Origin: Euglena gracilis | Lineage: Eukaryota | Length of the DNA: 64,000 bases | Direction: 5' to 3' | Assembly (NCBI GenBank): GCA_039621445.1 | Contig: CP154954.1 | Span: 8,124,634 to 8,188,633, forward strand | Made by a program: the position numbers and the translations under genes | Shown: piece by piece, positions 35,377 through 49,178 of the stretch | How the letters are laid out: each line of letters opens with the position of its first letter | Position numbering within the stretch: position 1 is the stretch's first letter | Notes under the pieces: generated by a model | The model's database searches: none | The model's input: only the letters and a program-made list of their open reading frames with translations | Told to the model about the DNA's origin: nothing

Positions 35377-36461
35377 GTGCGTTCTTTTGTCATTTAATTC
35401 TGTTTCTGGATATTCCATACAAACCAAGTACCAATAGAATTGTGTAAATGTCTCAAAATGCCCAAAGCATTGTATTGATGCCTTTCTCCCCTTTCCATAC
35501 GTGTGTCTAAAGTGGGTGCTTGGGCAGGGTATTGAGCGTTGATTTTGCACAGGGGGAGGGGAGGGAGGGTCCAACCCCCCCCCTTCCAGGGGGGTCCAAC
35601 CCCCCAAGGGCCCCCCAGGGGGTCCAGACCGCCCGACCCCTCCTCACAGCCGAGGGGGGGGGGGTCCGGGGACCCCCTTGGAGCAAGAGTTTTTTCTTCC
35701 CCGGCGCTTTGCGCCGGCAGACATGTGTTTTTATCGTCTGTTTTTGTCAATTTGGAGGAAAAACCACTTGAAAACACAATTTTGGGCATTTTTTTTTGAA
35801 TCCTTTTGAATCCCCTCAAAAAATTTCCAGCGCTTCGAACCCAGCAAGACCACCCCCCTCCCCCCCCCCCTCTCATTAGATACCCTGCTCATGGGGCTTT
35901 TTTTTCCCATGGAGCTGGCACCAAAGACCGTTGAATAAATTTCTCTGGGTGTCGAGATGGCAATTTGATACTGATATTTTTGGAGCCTGTTTCATGGACA
36001 ATTTACAGCTAATTGGCGGCAATTTTGGCCCAGGGACCTAAATTTTTGGCCCCCAAAATTAAAATTTTGGCCCCAGCTCGGCAATATATTTGGCCCCCGC
36101 CCTTAGAATTTTGGCCCCCGGCCTTAGAATTTTGGCCCTCGGAATTAAAAATTTTGGCCCCACATAAAAAATTCTGGTCCCAATACTCAGCATAAATTTG
36201 ATCTAATATTAGGCTATTTTTTTTTCTCCAGTGCCCTTTTCTGTTTTATAATGCCTGTGCAATCTGTGGGTGGATTTCATCAAAGAAGACGTCATCGAAG
36301 AGGCCACTACAAAAAGATATCCCGCCCAAGCTCCTTTTTTGCCTTCTCTGTAAATATTTCTCAATTGTTCATCACAAATTGCTTCAGAAGTTGCATATTG
36401 AAAGGAATGAGTGCAGTAGCATCTTCCTTCATGATGGGAAAGTCCAACCAGGTAACTAATG

Positions 36462-38347
36462 CAGACCTCCATTTAGTATGTATCACCAAAAAAATTTTTA
36501 CGTATCACATGTATCACAGCCTAAAAATTAATGTATCACATGTGTTCACCAGAATATTTTTTACCGTATCACATATGTATCACCAATAAAATTTTAATGT
36601 ATCACATATGTATCACCAAATTTTTCATAAAAATGTCCATTTTTACATCAAAATGTAATAATGTTTTTTCCTTTTTCTGTTCCGCTTTTCATCCTTGTTT
36701 CTTTGCCTCTCTGCAGACAAATGGTACATTTTTCTTGTGATAATGCTTTCGGCAATGTGTTTTGGTTACAACTCGCCTATTCTCCCAGCAAAAGTTTTTC
36801 CAATCTGTAGTCGGGGTTATAGTGATTACCTCCCCGTTCGCATGTTCAATTCTAAGCACGTTTGCCAAAAATCAATTTTGAAAATGTCCCAAAAACTTTC
36901 ATTTTGAGCACATTTAATTTTTGGGAAGTCCTTTGTGAAAACTGCAATGACAGTGAGCCATTGCCGTCCCCCCTGTGGGGATAGCTTGGGGGGAGAGCCC
37001 GGGGGCTTGGCTCCGCTCCTCCTTACATGCAAACTTGGCCCCCCTAAAGTTGGCCTTTGGCCCTTTGCACATGGCCGCCAAAATCCTTAACACGCAAATT
37101 TGGCCCCCTAAGGTTGGCCCCCTGGCCTTACCTTCAATCATGGCCCAGGCCAAATGCCCGGGAGGGGTGAGGTAAACCCTCCCCCCCAAATAATACCCCC
37201 CCAAAATAACCCCCCCAAATAATACCCCCCCCCCCCTCGAGGTCCGACTTCCTCCACCAAATTGACACCCCCCCCCCAAATCTCGGGCCGACGACCCGGA
37301 TTTTGACCTGAAAAGTTGGGTAAAAATAAAAATATCTGACAACAAATTACGAAAAGATTCGATTTTTCTTGATTATCTGGCTTCCAAAAATGCTAAATTT
37401 TATGAGAAAGTACCGGGGGGGGGGAATTTTGCCCTAGAGAAAATTTGCACGGACAAATTTCGCGGAAGCAAATCCCGCGAAATATTTCCGGACATTTTTA
37501 AGGAATCCCGCAAAATTTTTGTCCATGTATTCCCTTTCAGGCCATTTTTGCTTCACAGAAAAAAAAATCCCGCGAAATATTTCCGGACATTTTTAAGGAA
37601 TCCCGCGAAATTTGTCGTCCGCGAAATTTGTCGCCGCAAAATTTCTCTGGCACAAAATTTTTCCCCCCCGGTACAAAAAATGACCCCAAAGGGGTGTTTT
37701 GGGTGCTATTTTGGGTCTAACCCCCCCCCAAATAATACCCTCCGGGGTTTATTTTTTCGCTTTAAGTCCCGGCCCGAGGGAGGGGTATTATTTGGGGGGT
37801 ATTATTTCCAAAAAAAATTCGAAATTTTCGAAGTCCCGTAATATCTTGTCAATGTTTTGAGGAATTGTTGTCTCGGAATCCTGTCTTTCGCGTTTTGAAG
37901 GTTCCCTTTGGAAGAAATTTAAAAATAGCGGCTGAGAGGTTGCTGACAAAAAAGAGGAAAAAAATATGGCAGCCGGGGACCCGCCCAAAGAAAAAACCCC
38001 GTGCATGCCCAAAAAAAGATGGCACGGACCTGTCTTGGCAGACAGGTCAGCGCCACGGAAGTGGGGCTGGAGCACCATGGGAACCTGAGTTCCTCAAGAT
38101 GGGAGTTGGGTGAGCGCCATCTTATGTTTGTCTGAAAAATTTTCATCTTATAAATTTGTGCTTCGCAACTTTTATTATATGTTTCACCAAGGAAAATTTG
38201 TGTATCACATATGTATCACCAAAAAAAATTTTTTTTTAATGTATCACATATGTATCACCAAAAATTTTTTAATGTATCACATATGTATCACCAAAATAAA
38301 ATTAATGTATCACAGATACGTTGTGATACGCACTAAATGGCGGTCTG
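36462..38347. mobile_element. CAG...CTG TIR element with nested insertions
   Basis: cagacctccatttagtatgtatcac versus gtgatacgcactaaatggcggtctg; subterminal atgtatcacatatgtatcacc arrays at both ends; no TSD recognisable. Confidence 0.65.
37413..37671. mobile_element. MITE with TA target duplication
   Basis: ta|ccgggggggggaattttg...caaaatttttcccccccgg|ta. Confidence 0.75.
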
Positions 38348-38373
38348 TCAAAAAAGTGGGTTTTGGCCCATTA

Positions 38374-38472
38374 ACGGGCGCCTGAATGGAAATTGACCGA
38401 CATAAACGGGCGCCTGAATGGAAATCGACCGACATAAACGGGCGCCTGAATGGAAATCGACTGACATAAACG
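38374..38472 (+). repeat. 32-bp tandem repeat, 3 copies
   Basis: aacgggcgcctgaatggaaat(t/c)gaccgacata repeated head to tail without spacers. Confidence 0.9.
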
Positions 38473-41400
38473 GATTCTGATGTCATGGAAATTGACCAAC
38501 CTTTTGTGTCCTTTTTCTGAATGCTTTTTTGTTCCGTTTTGGGACATTGTCAATTTCGCAAAAAAAAATAACCAATTTTTGATCACCTTATTTTTAATTC
38601 TCTGGTTGAAACCATCCAAATTTTGCCTTGAACTGGTCCACAGATGGTAAAAAGGCTTGTATTTGAAATGAAAAAAAGTTGCCCACAACCCTCTGTGGTG
38701 GTTCTTTTTTTGGTTGTTTTTAAAAAAACAAGGAATCTTTAAAAAATATTTTTGCTTTGGCTTCATTTTAAACGAGGCAAGTCCCAAAAAAAAACTTGCA
38801 AAAAAGTTCCAAAGCTGCCAGACCATGGAGTTCCAAACCTCCGACAAAACAGTTCAAGATTTTTTCAAAAAGGTTCCAAAATTTTTGCCAAAAGTGCCCA
38901 AGATTATGGCAAAAGGTGTTTTCTTCCCTAAAATTTTGTATATTGACCCCTGAATGGCAAATTATGGGGATTTTGGTGAGTTTCAGGTGATTTGCATGAT
39001 ATTTAAAAGAATTTGTTGGAGGGTGGCTTAAACCCTTTTTGGGGGGGCCTGACGGTTTTGGAGGTTGGGCCAACCATGGTCAGGCCGACCATTGGCCCTG
39101 GCTCATCGACCTCTGGAGCTTGGGTCAACCTGGTCCCCCGACCTCCACTGTATTTTAATTCCACCCCACCCTTTGTGAAAGTTAAGCCCCCCCTCAATTC
39201 TTTTAACTTAGCTCAAACTACATGGGAACACATGGTTGGTGGTCAAATTTTGGTGGTTGGAATGACCAGTCACTGGCGACCACCAATGGTTGCGGCCAGT
39301 CGCTAGTGACCACCAAAAATTCCATGGCCGACCCTTGGGAATGCCTAATTTGTGTGAAAATTTTCCATTTTCTTGGAGGTCAGTTAGAACCCCCTCCCTT
39401 TTAGACCAACCTCCTGTTTCTACCGACCCCCCAATTTACACCCCCCCCCCCCTGGAAAAATCAGAAGAAGTCCATTTATACCGATTCACCTTCCATTCCG
39501 ACCCCTGGAGGGAAAAATAAAAAATCCATTTATGCCAACCCCTTTGTTGCATCCAGTGCAAAGAAAGGGGTTGGCATAGACGGAAAGGGGTTGTTGTGCA
39601 AGGCAAAGCGAAATAAAGCGAGGTTTCAGTCAACATAAAAAAGCATTCAGGCTCACCCCAGTGTCTATTTTTGGCGAAATGTGAATAGATGGATTGTTTT
39701 TAGTGAGGTGCCGACCCCCCGGGGGGGTGCTGGGGGCAGGCACCCTTTTGCACACCATCTGACCCCCCCCCCCCGGGGGTCGGGTTTTTGGGGATGCCTG
39801 CCCATAGCAGGCACCCCCCTCCGACCCCGGCGCCGGGGGCCCGGAAAAGGCCATTTTCAATGAAAATTTTCTGGGTTCCCCAGACCCCCCCCGGGGGGGT
39901 GTGCCTGCTAGGGGCATGCACCCTATAGCACCCCCCGGTCGGTTAAAAAAAAAAGCCTGGGGTGGACGACAAATTGGGCAAGAGGAAGAATGAAGGTCGC
40001 CTCATCCCCAGCCCGCCACCCCAGTCGAGCACCTTGTTTCACGACCCCCCATTTACAGACCCCCTCGCGCCGAGATTTCAAGAAATGTGAAAATGTCATA
40101 CTGACCCGTCGGTGTGAATGGGGGGTTTAATCAGTTACACTTGACCTCACAATTTTGGAACCTCCTGCCAAAATGGTTGGCATTTCTTCCATAACTTTGG
40201 GCAAAACCTTGTGGGACATCCTCCCAAAAAATTTTGGGACTGGTGGGCAAAATTTTGGGATTCCCTTGCAAAGCTTTGATGCTTGGCAGTCAAAACTTTG
40301 GAGCCTTTTCAAAGCTCTCTCGCTCTTGGGACCTTGCTCTCTCATTCTTGGAAATTTCGACAAGTGCACCCATGAACACTTTCTGAAAATGCGTCATTTT
40401 CGGATATTTTTTGGGACCAATGTGGTTCTGACAGCAAAATGAACCAAGAAGGTGTTTTTGGGGGGGGGGTAATCGACGATATCGAGGTTCGGATGGGGAA
40501 ATTAGGAATTGCTTGGAACACAAATTTGGAGGTTCCGGGGAGTTTTAACCCGTGGCTTTGTTAAACGGTTTAAGATGGAACCAGGGTCCAAGCACGTGTT
40601 CACGGCAATGATGGGGGGCACCATTGGCGCTCACCGTTTTCACACAGTCAAACGTGCGAACGCCGGTCCCGCTTGTAAAATCCGTTGATTACACCTAACA
40701 CTCAATTTTGGGACCTCCTGCCAAAATTGTTGGCCATCTTTGCCATACTTTTGAGCTCTTTTGCCAAAACACCTGGGACCTTTTGCCAAAATCTTAGAGA
40801 CTGGTGGGTAAATTTTTGAGATTCCGTCGCAGAGTCTTTCAAACTTGGCGGTCAAAATTTTTGGAACGTTTTGCAAAAGCTCCCTAAATCCAACAAGTCT
40901 CGGGATGTGCGATCTCTGAACAAACCATTGCAACTCCACAGCTCTTCAGAGCAACACAGCTGGTGCAGATCGAATCCTACCCGGTGGAAATGGACCACGA
41001 AAGAACCCTCACCCCTCCCCTGAAAGTGTTCCCCCCCCCAAAGTGACCAAATTTTTTTTGCCAAATTTGCCCCCTCAAAAGTGGCCATTTGCCTTTGACG
41101 CCAAAGGCATCCAAAGTGTTCGCTCCCCCAGAGTGGCCATTTTGTGCCTGAAAGGTGGAGGGAGGGTGAGACATCGGGGGGGGGACAACTAGGGGGGGGG
41201 GGCGCTCGAGGACACCCACCCTCTAATTTTTTAGCTGTGCAAAATTAATCAATTTTTTGCGCATAGTGGAATTTGTCATGCCTTTTCTTATTCGGCAAAT
41301 TTTAAAACTTTCGAAACGGACGTTTTTGGAGGTTTTCTGAGCCCTTTTGCAGCCTTGCCGAAATTGGCCCGTCTTGTCCTGGAGGCCAATTAGCCAATTG

Positions 41401-41726
41401 GGGGGTGCAAATTGGGGGTAATGTGTTTTTTTTGGCTGATTTTGTTGAAAAATGGGAATTTTAGGCAAGTGGGTAAATTTTTCCACTAGCTGGCCCTGCC
41501 AGCGAACCCCCCCCCCCGGGACTCCGTCCTGAGTCCTGTGTTTAAAGCGCAGGAATCAGGACGCAGTAACCCCCCAAATAACACCACCCAATAACACCCC
41601 CCCCCCCCCTCTGGGGCCGATTTCGAGTTTTTGCGCCCAAATAACACACCCCCTGGCATTTGGGCCATTTTTCAATGATGTTGGGGGGAGGGGGCTTAAA
41701 ACTTTTTCATACTTGGGGGTCAATGA

Positions 41727-42202
41727 CATACATCTCTCTAAGGTTTTGCGAACCCCCCGGGGGGGGGGGGGCGGCTGCAGCCAGCCCCGATTTGGGCCCA
41801 GCCCAGCCGCAGCAGCACCCCCCCCCTGGGGGGGGTGCTGCTAGCCCAGCTAGCCAGCCCCTTTTTTGGGGGTCCAGCCCAAAATTTTTCGGCGCGAAGC
41901 GCCGAAATTTTTTGAAAAACTGTGTTTAAAAGTGGCCAAAAATGGGGTTTGGGGGGCGTTTGGGGCATTTTTGGGGGGTTTCAGATGCATCACTTTTTTC
42001 AAAACTGTGTTCTGCAGGTCATTTTTGGGCATTTTTCCGATTTCAGTCCAGCTCGCCCCGGTTCGGGACCAGCCGGGACCCAGCCCCCCCCCCCCCCCCC
42101 CGGGGGGGGGCGGGCTAGCCAGCCCAAATTTCTAGCCAGCCCAAATTTCTAGCCCTAGCCCCGCCCCCCCCCCCCCCCCCGGGGTCCTTAAAGAGATGTA
42201 TG
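41727..42202. mobile_element. hAT-like MITE with perfect 8-bp TSD (copy 1)
   Basis: gtcaatga|catacatctctctaagg...ccttaaagagatgtatg|gtcaatga; second copy at 54615-55137. Confidence 0.9.
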
Positions 42203-43709
42203 GTCAATGATTGGTGGTCGGGACGACTAGCCCTTCCAGACAACCACCATCACTGGTGACCATTTTCTTGCGATGGGTCGCTGTATTGCAAAGTCTTCGA
42301 CCCAATTTCCAAGGCAGGGCCCAACCACCGAATATTGCTTTGGTTGAAGTCTGCCAGCCCCAAGTCTAAAACGTCCAAGAAAGTTTAAAAGGGATTCTTT
42401 TTCAACTTGCAACTTGTCAACTTTTCAACTTTTCAACTTGTCATCCCTTTCAGTCTTTCAAGCTGCGAGCGGCGAAGTGATGGAGTGAACAAAGTGATGT
42501 TGATTTCGACAGCAGCGGACCTTGCCTCATTAACCCCGCAGCGGCTAAAGTGTGCCTCTCGGATGACCATTCACCAAAGTGAACCTGCTTTCATCTCCCA
42601 CTGCGCTCACTGTCCGAACACTCCTTTTCATCCCATTTTGACCTTGTTTGTTCTTGGGTTGTAGACACCGAGGAAAACAGGGAAGGAATATTGCCTTCGG
42701 ATGAACTTGCTGAATCCCAAGTTAACCCCCAAGAGCAATCGACCCCAAAAGTACCGCTCAAGCTTCCCCCTGCTCACAAATCCACAGCCCTTGATCGGAG
42801 TGTAAGATAATAGAAGCATTTGTGCGCTTTTGCGGACCGCCGCCTCCAGCGGCGGGAGGTGCGCTTCTATTTGGACCCTGCCTGCACGATTTTTATTATT
42901 ATTGATTTCCTTTAGAAAACCCATCAAAATGGGGGGTGCGCTTGTAGCGGACCGCTGCCTTTGGTGGCGGGGGCTGCACTTTTGTTTGGACCCTGCGCTT
43001 GTAGCGGCCCCGCACTTCTATTAGGGGGAGGGTCACCCCTCCCCTGTGTCCATTGAACATCCCCTTGCCCAAGAAGGTTTGAAGGTTTGGCACCTCTCCT
43101 CCCAAAGAATGCAAGTATGTCTGTGGGAGTGCTCTCACCCAGCAAGGAACACCCCCTCCTCGGACCACGTTCAGTCAACTTGGCCATGGAATCTTGGGGC
43201 CAACCTGGTCGGGCCGTGGCGGGGAGGGGGGGGAGACATATCATTCCTCTCATACTCATGTATGTCCCATCAGGGTTGGAAACAATTGTGGCCCTGAGAG
43301 GCCTGAGAGGATTGGCCAGGATGGTGGTTGGATTGGAGTTTTTGTCTGGTTTGAACACCCAGGATTCAGAAGGGGTGGTACCATGCATAGCATCAGGAAA
43401 GGACTTGTGCTCCATCGTGTGTGGGACGCGCATTTGCCTCTCTGGACGTCAAATTCAATCGCAGGTGTGTCTGGGCAGAGATTATTTTTTTAAGTTTTGT
43501 GACCCGGGGGGGGGGGTGGGATTGGGTCCCGGCCGAGCCTCCTCGCCCCCCAGAGGTGGGGGTTTCTTCTATTTTCGTCGCGAAGCGCTGAAAATTTTTT
43601 TGGACTCCAAAATTGACCCCCCAAAGTGGGTCCCCCCCCCCCAGCCCCCCCCCCACCCCCCCCCCCAGGGGGTGGGTAGGTGGGTCCGCCCCCCATATCC
43701 TAAAAAACC

Positions 43710-43890
43710 TCTGGTGTGGGGTATCTCTTCTCTGGAAAGTTTATTTCAAAGTTCAAAAAACATGTTATTGTTCATTGATATTTTTTTTTGATTGTGTTCC
43801 ACATATGGCAAACAGCATATATGATTTGCACCCCACCCCACCTCCCATTTGATTGATTTTTCTTGAATATTTGATTTGGGGTTGTCCCCC
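43710..43890 (+). repeat. ~180-bp direct repeat (second copy ~45450-45635)
   Basis: ctggtgtggggtat...ctggaaagtttatttcaaagttcaaaaaac...ccacctcccatttgattgatttttcttgaatatttgatttgggg occurs twice. Confidence 0.9.
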
Positions 43891-46843
43891 CCCCCAAAGG
43901 AGGAGGGAGATCACTGATTGGAAAATGTTTTTTACAAGCGATTTTCAAACAATCTCCTCTGACGATGATAGCCAGTGATAAAAATAAAAGGAACAACAGC
44001 AAAGATGTGAGTGATGTTGGGGAACTTTTTGGATTTGGTTTTTAATTGATGCCGCGATTAATTATTATCAAAATGTTAGTGATGTTTAATTAATAATTAT
44101 TTTTAACTAATTTATAATAGCGGGACGTTGATTTAATGAAGGCGGAGCATCCCACACCAGATCATCAAGCGAAGTCCGTAGTGTCTATGTCTGACCTGCC
44201 CTCCGCTCCGATTGCTCTTTTGTAACACCTTTGCGGAGTTTGGGATAAAGAAGACCCTCTAAATAGGGGGTCATTATTTCTCTTTTTTGTCCAGAAAAGA
44301 CAAAGGTTTAAACAGAAAAAAGGAAGAAGTTTTTTTTGCAGGATTTTACCAAAAAAAATTCCCAAAAATGCATGCATTTCGGCAAAGCCCTGAACGTTCA
44401 CTGGGGGAGTGCATGTGCTTGCGCATGTGCTTGGCGGGCGCTTGGTGGCAAAGTACACAAGGTAAGACCCGCCAATCTCCCGCCACCTCCCTAAACACCG
44501 ACAAAAGGGCCAGAAGCGAACAACAGCGCCAGGTTAGAAGAGGGGATAAAGGGCACCCCCAAAAAAAACAGCTGCAGTGCACACAGGGAGCGCAGTTTGT
44601 CTGGGGTGGGGGAGAATATTGGGAATTGGGCTGTCCAGTTCAATTCTGGTTGAAGTTTTTGCATATTGGCAACATTCTGTTTTTGCATCAGGTCCCGGGA
44701 TAATCAGAAAAATGTTTCAGCAAAAACCCAGCCAAAAAATGATTTTTTGGTCATGCTACCGTTTAGGTGGCAATGCCCCCCCCCAGCCCGCTAGTTGGGG
44801 GGACCCACTTTTATGCACCCTCTATTCTTGGAACAAATCAACCAACAGAGTTTGATACACATTTTGACAGGGTTTTTGGAGCAAAAATGACATTTTATTT
44901 GAAACTTTTTTGACATAATTCACGAAATATCCCAGCTGCACCAAATGCCATTGCACCCTCTCAAATCCTCTGTCAAAATTTAAAGAAAGGCGGCAACCTG
45001 GTGGGCTCCACTACTGGTATGTCTCTACTACTGGTACTTCCATTAGTATGGCAGTCTCATACCAGTGGGTCCCCACGGCGGGGCGGGGGGGGGGGACGTC
45101 ACCCCCCTCTACATTATGCAAATGGGACTGATGAGCGATTTTGGCTGGGGGAATTCCGGTCGTTTCCGCTGCGTGGAGGTTGGTGCGGCATATCCTCATG
45201 AAAAGGATTGGGGTCAGGATAAGACCAGCGTTAGGATTTGGATTTTCAGCCAGAAGTTAGGCCGAAAACCTGAGAAATTGGGCCACATTTTAGTTTTAAC
45301 CCGCAGCCAAAAAGTATCACTGAATTTCGGCCAGATTTCAGTCGAAATCGAAACCCTGACCATATCCCTCAACCTCATTTTTCTAACTCGGCACATCAGC
45401 CCCCCCAAAAAATGGGTTGTTCCTGGGGCTGCCGAAACTTGGGTGTCACTGGTGTGGGGTATTTCTTCTCTGGAAAGTTTATTTCAAAGTTCAAAAAACG
45501 TATTATTGTTCATTGATATTTTTTTGATTGTGTTCCACATATGGCAAACAGCATATTTGATTTGCACCCCACCCCACCTCCCATTTGATTGATTTTTCTT
45601 GAATATTTGATTTGGGGTTCTCCCCCCCCAAAGGAGGAGGGTGTGTAATACAACAGGGCCCAGACCCCCTGTCATAGAGGACTACCAAAATTTCAAAAAC
45701 ACTGTAACAGTGTCAAAAAGTCTCAAGAATTGATTATTTCAAAAGCTCTGTCAAAAAACCATTCTCCATAGTTGCATTTAACAGTTTGTTCCCTGTTTGT
45801 CTGTTACCAAACCCTGCACTCTTGTCTCCGTTGATCTTTCCCCCACCCCTTTGCCTCCTCGGAAGCTGACCATTACTTTGTAACTGCAGCTAAATCCCAC
45901 TCCAGGTGTGAGGGGATTGCGTCTGCACCTATCCCATGCTTCTGTGTAAAATGACGATGGGCCCAGGGTACTTTGGGACGTATTGAAATTGAGCAGTTAT
46001 TTCATGTGTTGCATACCAGGCAAAACAGTTAGTGCTGATTTTTGTTTCACGCGGGAGATATTCAAGTTGCATTATGCATGCATTGCGAAAATTTTACAAA
46101 AACATTTTTTTTGCAAGTTTCTTTTGCATAATTTGCCCTTCCAATACTTTGATATTTTGTGGTGGATTACAAGGGAAATCGCTGTTCCACCAGACAGCTG
46201 GAAGTTGAATACCAAGTTGGGACCATTTTTGCATTAAAAGCTGTTGCCAAATGAAATATGAATGCATGCAATGCGACAAACAGAAGCAAAAAAGGACATT
46301 GCTTTTTGAAGAAAAATTCCCCCAAAACGTCAAAAATCAGCAGAAAAACAATGCCAAATGAAAACCTGTGCAAACCCGCATAATGTCACCGTTGATTCAT
46401 TTGTCATCGGTGAAAAACTGGCCGAATAATTGTCCAACCATGCACCATAATCACTACAGCACAAGCACATGCTGCATAACCAGCAGGGGTTTTCAAAGCC
46501 GGAAGGGAGCTGACCCCCCTCCCCTCCAGCCAGCCAGCAAGCACCTTTTTCCAGCCGGCCCGCGGGACCCCCCCCCCCCCCGGAGTTCTGAAGAAAACCC
46601 CTGATAACTAATAATCTTGATGATCACAATGAAGCATTTTCCTCGGTGGAGGTGGAAAGAAAATCCTCCTCTCCTGTCGTCTCCAGCAGAGAAGTGTACG
46701 ACCCGGAGCTCCTGAAGGACTTTGTTTGGAACTTGCATTTTTTTGCATTTTGTTTTGCATTGTTTACATTTTCTGTATCGAATATTTTGAGGTGCCTTGT
46801 TGCATGTCCCTCTGCCACAGCTTTGGGGTGATTGTATGGGAAG

Positions 46844-47846
46844 CAGGCCATTGTTTAAGGGTTCGCAGTACCCCCTTGGGGGGGGGGGGGCTGGACTGCA
46901 GTCCAAATTTGGCTAGTGTAATGGTCTCCAGGGGGGGAGTCCGCTAGCAGGGCCAGCTAGTGGAAAAATTTTCCTCCAGAAGCACCGGATTTTTTTTATT
47001 CACAAAACTTGCCAAAAAATGCCCATTGTTGTCATTGTTGGATTTTTGGAACAAAATCAGCCAAAAAACATGTTTATAACCTCATTTTCACCTCGGCAGC
47101 GCCGGAGAATTTTTTTTCCAGTTGGGGGGACGCCCCAGACTGGGGGAGGAAGTCTATTTTTTCCAGTGTCTAACAAAATGGCTACAGTGCGGCTAAAAAT
47201 TACGGAAGACAGAAATTTTGGCAAAATACCCAAACTTTGCCATAATTTTTTTTCTCGTAATTTTCTCACTCCGTCGGTTTCCGACGCCCTCTTCCAGTCC
47301 ACTTCTGGTTTGTGCTCAAAAGAACACAATACTCATCCCAATTGAATGCCAGTTTCTTCAATGGTATATGCTCAGCCAGCTCCTTGAAAAACGGGCGACC
47401 GGCATCAAGCACCTAGGGAAAATCACAGCAAAAATCGGTCTGCATTAAAAATCACTGACACCTGATCAGTGGGCACAATTCTATCAGAATTTGCAGCGAA
47501 CGGCCACCATTCTGCTTTCGCCAGCGAATATTTTGCCCATGCCTGACCGATCTTGAACGTTCCCCCATTTTTTTGGCAAGTGTTGCTGGGCGGGTACGTG
47601 CGACAACACCTCGAGCGATTGCAGCCACTGGGGGACAGAAAAATACGTTGAACACGCAACCAGGAGAAAAATGTCGCTCACCTGTGCCGGAGGTTAATCC
47701 TTCGTGGGGACCAGATTTTGCCAAAATTAATTTTTCCAAAATAAAAAATTTGCCAAATTTTTTTTCCCGTAATTTTTTTTGCCGTAATTTTTGTCTTCCG
47801 TAATTTTTAGCCACACTGTACCCTGGGGTCTTTAAGCAATGGCCTG
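46844..47846. mobile_element. hAT-like MITE, CAG...CTG termini, perfect 8-bp TSD
   Basis: atgggaag|caggccattgtttaag...tttaagcaatggcctg|atgggaag; related to 53209-53629. Confidence 0.9.
47185..47818. mobile_element. Tc1/mariner-like non-autonomous element nested in the hAT-like MITE
   Basis: ta|cagtgcggctaaaaattacggaagaca...tgtcttccgtaatttttagccacactg|ta. Confidence 0.85.
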
Positions 47847-49178
47847 ATGGGAAGGCAACTGGTCTGGGAGGAGCCTGGTCACCTGGATCATAGATCATTT
47901 AACGCCGTGTGACCCCCGGGGGGGGTTCGCGTGTGTGGGCAGGGCGTAGCTTAAGAAAATTTGACCCTCTGGGGGGTCCAGCCAGCCAGCAGCCTTTTTC
48001 CAGCCCGGGACCCCCTCCCTTTCCCCCCCTCAACGAGATTTATTTCCAAGCACCCTTCGGTGGCTGGACGGCAACAGATTTTTCGCTTTTGTGGGTCAAA
48101 AATGGACAACAAATGGGTCAAAAATGGGCGAAGATGGGTCAGATTTGGCTGTCCAGGACATTTTTGGGGTCAAAAAGTCGATTTTTTTATAGCTGGCAGT
48201 TTTTAGGACATTTTTTTTTTCATTTTCGATTTTTTTAGTTCCTGGTTCGACCCCTGGTCGGGCCCAGTTCCAGCCCAGGGGGGAGGGGGGTCAGCCAGCT
48301 GCCTTTTTCCAGCCAGCCCAGATTTTCCAGCCTCTGAGGTGGACCCCCCATAAAAAAGCACCCTGGTTGGAGGCCTCTGGACCCCCCCCCCCCAGGGGGG
48401 TGCGCCATGGGTCAAATTTGGCCGATTTTTTTTTCAGCGTTTTTGGCTGATTTAGGCTGGATTTCGGACCTCCCCTAAGGATTTCCCTCAGTCCTAAGGG
48501 ACACTAAATCAATTTTTTTTTGCCGATACAATGTCCCATGCTTTTCGCTCCGGGTGGACCACTTTCGGTTTGTTACCAATGGGGTTCGGCCAAAACGCAT
48601 TGATTTCTTGAGCTATTTCATCCTGAGAGACCAAAGTGACCCCTCCGCCCCGTGGAGGAGGAAGCTGGGTTTTGAAAAGTGACGTTTTTTTTTGAAAGGG
48701 AAATTAACCCCCCCGCTTCCCCCCGGTAAGCAATGCTTTGCAGAGGGTGCCTCCTCCACATGTGGTTCTCCATACTACATGGCCCGGGGGATTTGCAAGG
48801 AGGGATGAGCACCGGGAACTCCATCAAACAAAATCCCAGGTTTCCTCAGCCCCAATGCACACACCTCTCAGAACTGATCATGTCCCCCAGCACACCCAGC
48901 AACAAGGTTGCCTCTGGCATATTTTGAAGATGGTGCCAAAGGAAATCAGTGTTACGAATTGAATGAGTGGAATCTCGGCTGGGTGCTCTCTCTGGTGGAA
49001 AGTCCTTGGGGGGAGGAGCTGTGTGGCATTGTTGAAGCTGTGGCCAGGCTTCACGGGGAACAGAATGAAGGGGCTGAAAAGCAGGCACAAAAATGGATGG
49101 CAGCATCCTGCACAAGGGTTCTTTGCGGACATTTCGGATTGTGCATTGAGGTTGCCATTTTTTTTGGCCCCTGAAGCA

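Noticed and set aside
38374-38472. Mini-CRISPR or iteron-like 32-bp repeats
   Set aside because: Three directly abutting copies without spacers; a simple tandem duplication.
46620-46720. Possible 5' exon of the permease (VEVERKSSSPVVSSREVYDPELLK)
   Set aside because: Protein-like, but no splice boundary or homology could be established.
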